Assembly: GCA_964586775.1 (NCBI GenBank)
Contig: CAZPJD010000061.1
Span: 2,183-66,182 of the forward strand
Reading direction: 5' to 3'
Length of the DNA stretch: 64,000 nucleotides
Source: an uncultured bacterium
GTDB taxonomy: Bacteria; Lernaellota; Lernaellaia; JACKCT01
Position 1 is the stretch's first letter. Every line of letters starts with the position of its first letter. Positions 58,282-64,000 of the stretch are shown one piece after another. The notes below the pieces were generated by a model, which was not told the DNA's origin, searched no databases, and saw only the letters and a list, made by a program, of their open reading frames with translations. Both the position numbers and the translations under genes were made by a program.

Positions 58282-59282
58282 ACTCGGCGAGCCGGGAGAA
58301 CCGGTCGATTCTCGTTCACAAACCCGATCACTTGGGCGACGTGCTTTGTGCGGCGCCCGCGATCCGGCGTCTGCGCGACGCATTTCCCAACGCGCGTGTC
58401 GTCGCGTCCGCCATGTCCGGCCCGGGGCGGTTTCTGGTGGAGATGCGGCTCGCCGACGAGATTCTGGAACTGCCCGGTCCCGATTGGTGGAAGCGGCGCG
58501 GAGCGGCGGGATTTGTCGCGTCGTGCCGTCGCGTTCGTTTCGATCTGGCCGTGAATTTCCGGCATGATGCGCGCGACATTACTTCGATGGCGCTCATCGG
58601 TGCAAAGGAAGTTTGCACGTACACGCACCGACGATTCGGTTCGCGGCATTCCTTCGCGGCAGCGCCGCCTTCCGGCGACCGGGCGGAACTCCTGAACCAC
58701 CTCGCGCTCGTGCGTGCGTTAGGGATCGCGACCGATTTCGTTCCGGGCGAATTCCGAGACCGGCTCGCGCCTACCGACGTCGCGCGATTTCGACGCGACG
58801 GACGGTGGATTGCGTTCCATCCTTTCTCGCGCACGCGGGCCAAGGCGTGGCCGATCGAGCACGCGCACTCGTTTGTGCGGATGGCGATCGATCGCGGCCT
58901 TGGCGTTCGATTGATCGGCGCGCGCGAGCACGAGGGCGAATCGGAGCGGATCGGATGCGACTCCCCGTTGTGCGAGAACCTCGTTGGGCGGACCGATGTG
59001 CGCGAATTGCTTTGCTGCATCGCGGCTGCCGACGCGCTCGTTTGCGCGGACTCAGGGCCGGGTCACATTGCTCCGCTGGTCGGCACGCCGGTCGTCTCGA
59101 TCGCCAGCGGAACCAACGAGCACGCGCGCTGGGCCCCTTACGGTGCGGTCGTGCTGTCGAAACCCGTCTCATGCGCCCCATGCCATCTCGAAACGTGCCC
59201 TGTGCCCGGCCACCCGTGCATGAACGATCTCACGCCAGCCGCCGCGATGTCCGCGTTGACGCAATTGCCGGGTTTCGCATGA
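58278..59282 (+). CDS. Glycosyltransferase family 9 (heptosyltransferase-like).
   Basis: ILVHKPDHLGDVL...GPGHIAPLVGTPVVSI is the GT9 pattern. GTG start overlapping the upstream stop. The 846-aa ORF-track entry is an alternate-frame artefact. Confidence 0.75.
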   Translation: MNSASRENRSILVHKPDHLGDVLCAAPAIRRLRDAFPNARVVASAMSGPGRFLVEMRLADEILELPGPDWWKRRGAAGFVASCRRVRFDLAVNFRHDARDITSMALIGAKEVCTYTHRRFGSRHSFAAAPPSGDRAELLNHLALVRALGIATDFVPGEFRDRLAPTDVARFRRDGRWIAFHPFSRTRAKAWPIEHAHSFVRMAIDRGLGVRLIGAREHEGESERIGCDSPLCENLVGRTDVRELLCCIAAADALVCADSGPGHIAPLVGTPVVSIASGTNEHARWAPYGAVVLSKPVSCAPCHLETCPVPGHPCMNDLTPAAAMSALTQLPGFA

Positions 59283-60406
59283 CCATGCGCATCCTGCTCG
59301 ATGCCACGTGCGTGAACGACGATGCGCTCACCGGCGCGGCGCGATACGTCATCGCGCTCGTCCGCGCGCTAAGGGTCGAGCGCGGAATCGATCTTCACGT
59401 CTTCACTTTTTCGCGGCGCGCTTTTGCCGAATTTCCGGACCACGTGCGCGTATCCCGACTCGATCTCCCGCGCGTTTTGGGCCCGGTTGCGCGGGAGGCT
59501 TCACGGCGAAGATTCGTCTCGCGCGCCGCGCATAGCGGCGTCGATCTCGTCCACTACACGCTCGATCCCGCGCCGCCGATAGACGGCGTGCGATCCGTGT
59601 TGACGCTGTTCGACATGGCGCGTCGTGCGCCGAGCTTTCGCGCCGCAACGGGCGCATCGCTTCGCGCGCTCATGCGCACGCACCTGCGCTATGGCCTCGC
59701 CAAGCGAATGGACCTGCTCATCGCGACCACGCCCCATGCGGCGCGTGAAATCGCTTCGGACCTGCCATATCCGGCAGCGAAGATTCGCGTGTCGCCGATT
59801 GCGACGGATCCCGCGTTCACGCCGGGCGTTCCTGACGCGTCTGCGTTGTCCCGTCACGGGCTCGTCGCGGGCGAATACGTGCTTTTTGTCGGGCAGCTCG
59901 GGCGGCAAAAAAATGAAGACGGCTTGTTGGCCGCGTTTCGATCGGCGAAAGAGCGCAATTTGGTACCGGCGACAATGCGACTGGCACTCGCTGGTGACGA
60001 TTCGCAGGCCGCCGCGGGTACGCGGGCGGCCATTCGCAACGCGGCGAGCGTAAGCATGCTCGGCACCGTGAGCGACGACGATCTCGTTCACCTTTACCGT
60101 GGCGCGGTGTGCCTCGCACTACCGAGTTTCGTCGAGGGCTACGGGCTCCCGGTGCAGGAGGCGATGGCGTGCGGAACTCCCGCGCTCGTCTCGCGCGGGA
60201 CGTGCCTTGTCGATGTCGCGGGCGCTGGCGGCATCGCCGTCGATCCGAATAACCTCGACGGGATGCGTGACACCATCGCGAATCTCGTGAACGACCGCAA
60301 TCTGTACGAGCGGCTGTCGCGCGGGGGAATCGAGCAGTCGTCTTCGCGGACCGACGCCGAAATGGCGCGCGCACATCTGGAGGCGTACCGTGACGCACTC
60401 CGGTAG
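59279..60406 (+). CDS. Glycosyltransferase family 4.
   Basis: Contains YGLPVQEAMACGTPALVSRGTCLVDV. ATGA overlap with the upstream stop. Confidence 0.75.
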   Translation: MTMRILLDATCVNDDALTGAARYVIALVRALRVERGIDLHVFTFSRRAFAEFPDHVRVSRLDLPRVLGPVAREASRRRFVSRAAHSGVDLVHYTLDPAPPIDGVRSVLTLFDMARRAPSFRAATGASLRALMRTHLRYGLAKRMDLLIATTPHAAREIASDLPYPAAKIRVSPIATDPAFTPGVPDASALSRHGLVAGEYVLFVGQLGRQKNEDGLLAAFRSAKERNLVPATMRLALAGDDSQAAAGTRAAIRNAASVSMLGTVSDDDLVHLYRGAVCLALPSFVEGYGLPVQEAMACGTPALVSRGTCLVDVAGAGGIAVDPNNLDGMRDTIANLVNDRNLYERLSRGGIEQSSSRTDAEMARAHLEAYRDALR

Positions 60407-61451
60407 ATCCCCGCGCACGCTGGTCGTCAGTTTGCAGGGAATCGGCAACAACCTGCTCGCGTTGCCGCTCGCGTCCGCGCTGGCGCGTCGCGACGAAAGC
60501 TCCGTCTGCATGCTGGTGCGTTCGCCGCGCGTGCGCGAACTCCTGCGCATTCGGTCGGATATCGACGACGTGATCGCGCTCGACGACGAGCGAATTCGCG
60601 GTGTCGCGGGGACGGTTCGACTGCTGCGCGAACTGCGCGCGCGACGGTTCACGCGGGCCGTGCTGGCCCACCCCGCCGGTTCGCGCGCCGCCGCCCTCGT
60701 GGCCGCGGCGCGTATCGACGAGCGCGTCGCGATCGTGAGCCCGCGCATGTCGCGTGGAGCGCGTTTCCTCACGCATGGTCGGACGTACGTTCAGGGGATG
60801 CACGATCTGGAACACAACCAGTGGCTCGCCGAGATGTGCGACGCGCACATCGACCTCGCTCGCGACTGGCCGCCGCTGCGTCCTGAGCAGGGAGATGTCG
60901 AGGGCGCACGCACCTGGCTTTCCGCTCTCGGTTTCGACCCCGCCGCCCGGTACGTGGGATTTCACTCGGGCTGCGACGGCGATTTCGCCGAGAAGCGCTG
61001 GCCCGAATCGTCGTTCGCGGCGCTCGCGCGCGGGTTGCATGAAGATACGGGTCGAGCGGCCATCGTCTTCGACGGGCCGTCGGAGCTTGGTTCCGGCCGA
61101 CGCATCGCCCACCTCGCCGCATCGCCCGTCGTCGCCATGGACGGCTGGGGCGGCTTGGCGCAGGCCCTCGGGATGCTTTCTGTCTGCGACGTGTTCGTCT
61201 CCAACGATTCGGGGCTCATGAATCTCGCCGCGGCGGCCGGGGTGCCGTGCGTCGCCATCTTTGGTCCGAGCGAGGTCGCGCGAACGAGGCCCTTGGGTGG
61301 GCGTCACCGCGTGATCCACGCCAATCGCGCGTGCGTGCCCTGCTACCACCTCGGCCCGTGGAGCGGATGCATTCATCCGGCTCGCCCGTGTCTCGAAGAC
61401 GTGAGTGTCGATGTGGTGCTGCGCGCCGTGCTGGAACTGCTGCCGTCATGA
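60390..61451 (+). CDS. Glycosyltransferase family 9 (heptosyltransferase-like), second copy.
   Basis: Contains LVVSLQGIGNNLL...VSNDSGLMNLAAAAGVPCVAIFGPS. GTG is preceded by GGAGG. Confidence 0.7.
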   Translation: MTHSGRSPRTLVVSLQGIGNNLLALPLASALARRDESSVCMLVRSPRVRELLRIRSDIDDVIALDDERIRGVAGTVRLLRELRARRFTRAVLAHPAGSRAAALVAAARIDERVAIVSPRMSRGARFLTHGRTYVQGMHDLEHNQWLAEMCDAHIDLARDWPPLRPEQGDVEGARTWLSALGFDPAARYVGFHSGCDGDFAEKRWPESSFAALARGLHEDTGRAAIVFDGPSELGSGRRIAHLAASPVVAMDGWGGLAQALGMLSVCDVFVSNDSGLMNLAAAAGVPCVAIFGPSEVARTRPLGGRHRVIHANRACVPCYHLGPWSGCIHPARPCLEDVSVDVVLRAVLELLPS

Positions 61452-63298
61452 AGATTCTCTACATCGACCAGTACTACTCGAATCGACGCGGCAACTCCGG
61501 CACACGCAGCCACGAGTTCGCCCGGCGTTGGGTGCGCGATGGGCACGACGTGACGATCGTCACCACCGCGAGCGCGTATTCGCACCTCGCCGGACAGCGG
61601 CGATGGCTGCGCCGAAGCGTCGACGAGGGCATCACGGTTTGGAGCCTTCGCATCCCCTACGCGCAATCCATGGGCTACGCGCGGCGAGTCTGGTCGTTCG
61701 CGACGTTCATGGTCATGTCCACGCTGATCGGACTTCTCGTCCCGAAGCCCGACGTGGTCTTTGCCAGCAGCACGCCCCTCACCGTGGGTGTGACGGGAGC
61801 GATCGTCGCTTGGCTTCGCACGCGACCGTTCGTCTTCGAGGTTCGCGACTTGTGGCCGCGAGCGCCCATCGAGCTCGGCGCGATCCGCAACCGGTATCTC
61901 ATCCCGGCGCTCGAAGCGGTCGAGCGGTGGATCTATCGGCGGGCGGACGCCATCAACGCGCTCTCGCCGGGCATGGCGACGGGAATCATCGCCACCGGCG
62001 TCGAACCCGAGCGGGTCTCGGTCGTCTCCAATGCGTGCGACTTCGACCTGAATGCCGCGCCGCGGACGCCCCGCCCGGAAGCGAATCACCGCGTCGTCTA
62101 CGCGGGCGCGCTCGGTCCCGCCAACGACTTGGGCGATCTCATCCGCGTCGCGGGCGAGTTGCACCGACGCGGGCGGGCGGACATCGAGATCGTCATCGCG
62201 GGCGAGGGGTCGCAGGAGCCGTTGATCCGCGATCTGGTGCGACACGGTGAACTCGCCAACGTGCGTTTCGCGGGTTCGCTGCCCCGCCGCGAGGTGGGCG
62301 AGCTTCTCGCGACCGCCGACATTGCGGTCACGTGTTTTGCCCCGCTGCCCGTGCTCGCGACGAACAGCCCCAACAAGTTTTTCGATTATCTCGCGTGCGG
62401 CATTCCGCAAATCACCAACTCGCCCGGATGGCTTCGGGAGTTGCTCGAAGAGTCCGGCGCGGGCGCGTTCTGGCCGTGGGGCGACGCAGCCGCCGGCGCG
62501 GATCTCATCGAATCGCTTATCGACGACGCGCCTTGGCGCAATGTTATGTCGAAATCCGCCGCGAAGCTCGCTCAGCGTTTCGAGCGGGGCGCGCTCGCGA
62601 AGGAACTGCTGAATGTCCTGACAGGCGCAACAAAATCCCCGGTACGCGGATTATCGGTCGCATGGCAGGGCATCTTCGACCGCACTTGCGCCCTCGCGGG
62701 ACTCGCCCTGCTCTCACCCCTGCTGCTGGGTATCGCATGGATGATCCGTCGCGATGACGGCGGTCCGGTGTTCTATCGCCCGACGCGCATCGGCCTCGGC
62801 GGACAACCGTTTCGCATGTGGAAGTTCCGGACGATGACGCCCAACGCGGAAAGCTTGGGTCTCGGCCTGAATGTCGGCGAGAGCGACCCGCGCATCACGC
62901 GTGTCGGCGAGTGGCTGAGGAAGTGGTCGCTCGACGAACTCCCGCAGCTCATCAACGTCGTGACCGGCGAAATGCGTCTCGTGGGTCCCCGACCCGCCCT
63001 GCCCGGCCATGCCGAGCGTTACACGACCGAGCAGAAAGAGCGCCTGCGAGTGCGCCCGGGCCTGACCGGTTGGGCGCAGGTGAATGGACGCAACGCGCTT
63101 TCGTGGTCGCGGAAGTTGGAGTTCGACGTGTGGTACGCGCGGCATCGAAGCTTCTGGCTCGACCTGTGGATCCTGATTCGCACGGTCGGCGTGGTGGCCC
63201 GGCGCGAGGGCTTATACGAAACCGACGCGGGACTGGCGGACGATTTCAACCGGTTCGAGCCGCGCGTTCACGACGCCGCCCCGCCCGGTGGCGACTAG
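61448..63298 (+). CDS. Fusion of a GT4 glycosyltransferase with a PglC-like monotopic phosphoglycosyl transferase (Bac_transf).
   Basis: The N-terminal ~400 aa are GT4 (MKILYIDQYY...). The C-terminal ~200 aa have a reentrant hydrophobic helix (CALAGLALLSPLLLGIAWMI) and PGT motifs (GGPVFYRPTRIG, FRMWKFRTM, DELPQLINVVTGEMRLVGPRP). Confidence 0.8.
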   Translation: MKILYIDQYYSNRRGNSGTRSHEFARRWVRDGHDVTIVTTASAYSHLAGQRRWLRRSVDEGITVWSLRIPYAQSMGYARRVWSFATFMVMSTLIGLLVPKPDVVFASSTPLTVGVTGAIVAWLRTRPFVFEVRDLWPRAPIELGAIRNRYLIPALEAVERWIYRRADAINALSPGMATGIIATGVEPERVSVVSNACDFDLNAAPRTPRPEANHRVVYAGALGPANDLGDLIRVAGELHRRGRADIEIVIAGEGSQEPLIRDLVRHGELANVRFAGSLPRREVGELLATADIAVTCFAPLPVLATNSPNKFFDYLACGIPQITNSPGWLRELLEESGAGAFWPWGDAAAGADLIESLIDDAPWRNVMSKSAAKLAQRFERGALAKELLNVLTGATKSPVRGLSVAWQGIFDRTCALAGLALLSPLLLGIAWMIRRDDGGPVFYRPTRIGLGGQPFRMWKFRTMTPNAESLGLGLNVGESDPRITRVGEWLRKWSLDELPQLINVVTGEMRLVGPRPALPGHAERYTTEQKERLRVRPGLTGWAQVNGRNALSWSRKLEFDVWYARHRSFWLDLWILIRTVGVVARREGLYETDAGLADDFNRFEPRVHDAAPPGGD

Positions 63299-63368
63299 TA
63301 GGCGAAAAGCGCTTGTCGTTGGCGCGCCGCGCTGATAACCTGCCCAAGACTTCCGAACGAGGCTCCTC

Positions 63369-64000
63369 ATGTCTACCGGCGTTTTTCGCGCGCTTTCCCT
63401 CGCGGCGATCCTGTTCGCGTTTTTCCTCGTCACGGGTTGCGCCTCCGAGCGCGGCGGTGAATCCGACGGTGTGACCGCCAATGCGCTGAGCGCGTCCGAG
63501 ACGGCGGACGACCGGGCCGACGACCCGCAGGCCGAACCGGGTTCCGATCTGCCCGCGGGCGCCGAGGTGGACGGCAAGATCATCATCCCCAACGGTCGGT
63601 TCATTTCGCCGCAGGGCAACCAAATCACCGGGCCGCGCTTCGTCATCAACATGCGGATCTCGCCCGACGGCGCGTACATCTACATGGTCTCGCTCGCCGA
63701 CCGCCTCATCGCCGTCTTCGATACGCAGACCCTCGATTTCACGCAGCAGATCCAGCTCGGCTCGGTGTTCAACGGCCTCGCCCTCAACGCGGCGGGCACC
63801 AAGCTTTGGGTTTCGGGTGCGACCGAAAACGTCGTGTACGAATTCGACATTTCGGGCGGCGTATTGACGCTCAATCGCGAGATCTCGCGCTGGGGCAACC
63901 CGACGGGCCTCGCGCTCTCGCCCGACGAATCGACGCTCTACGTCGCGACGTCCTACGGCAACAAGCTCTTTGCGATCGACCTCGCCACCGGCCTCACCAC
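63369..64000 (+). CDS. Lipoprotein with YVTN-type beta-propeller repeats, 3' partial.
   Basis: ATG at 63369 is preceded by GAGG. The lipobox LVTGC is followed by repeated propeller blades (PDGAYIYMVS, GTKLWVSGA, PDESTLYVATS). The frame is open to the window end. Confidence 0.55.
   Translation, partial: MSTGVFRALSLAAILFAFFLVTGCASERGGESDGVTANALSASETADDRADDPQAEPGSDLPAGAEVDGKIIIPNGRFISPQGNQITGPRFVINMRISPDGAYIYMVSLADRLIAVFDTQTLDFTQQIQLGSVFNGLALNAAGTKLWVSGATENVVYEFDISGGVLTLNREISRWGNPTGLALSPDESTLYVATSYGNKLFAIDLATGLT

Noticed and set aside
56742-59282. 846-aa ORF spanning the Wzy-like gene region.
   Set aside because: Only the last 334 codons, from GTG 58278, show GT9 homology. The upstream part is the alternate frame of the Wzy/ligase gene.

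Overview
This is a high-GC (~66-68%) bacterial chromosomal window, densely coding, with many 4-nt ATGA/GTGA start/stop overlaps that indicate translational coupling. No CRISPR arrays, transposases or integrases were found. Content in order along the window:
(1) A partial thiolase-like gene, then a thiolase fused to two tandem cysteine-less DUF35 OB-fold domains. A small Cys/His zinc-ribbon ORF, a HIT hydrolase and a secreted HEAT-repeat protein follow.
(2) A fused MEMO1(AmmeMemoRadiSam protein B)-AMMECR1(protein A) gene, followed by miaB, a BFN-domain nuclease and a standalone EF-G paralog.
(3) ilvE and a secreted protein, a divergent MBL hydrolase, then a minus-strand operon of hypothetical, RecD2, enoyl-CoA hydratase, GT4 and GT2.
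(4) An envelope block: alpha/beta hydrolase, YfgM-like, BamB, tRNA-Arg(CCT), MBL phosphodiesterase, LdcA, an AmpC-family serine hydrolase, Mpl, an unknown 324-aa protein, CysE, and two secreted proteins.
(5) A textbook housekeeping block on the minus strand: apt, nlpD, pcm, surE, tRNA-Pro(GGG), a MerR regulator, ihfA, pheT, pheS, rplT, rpmI, infC (with an AUU start), thrS and tRNA-Val(GAC).
(6) A minus-strand operon: an FG-GAP/ASPIC-UnbV lipoprotein with poly-Asp tracts, a GT-C-like polytopic membrane protein, and an enoyl-CoA hydratase.
(7) A co-directional, translationally coupled glycan-assembly operon of about 12 genes (47.9-63.3 kb) behind a consensus sigma70-like promoter. It runs: 853-aa HEAT-repeat protein, GT2, Wzx flippase, small SAM methyltransferase, radical-SAM/SPASM enzyme, GT4, GT4, O-antigen ligase/polymerase-family protein, GT9, GT4, GT9, and a GT4 fused to a PglC-like phosphoglycosyl transferase.
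The most interesting items are the radical-SAM/SPASM plus methyltransferase pair embedded in the glycan operon, the GT4-PGT fusion, the MEMO1-AMMECR1 fusion without its radical-SAM partner, the thiolase-(DUF35)x2 fusion, and the FG-GAP lipoprotein/GT-C module.
All functional calls are from reading translated ORFs against remembered family signatures; no database searches were run.
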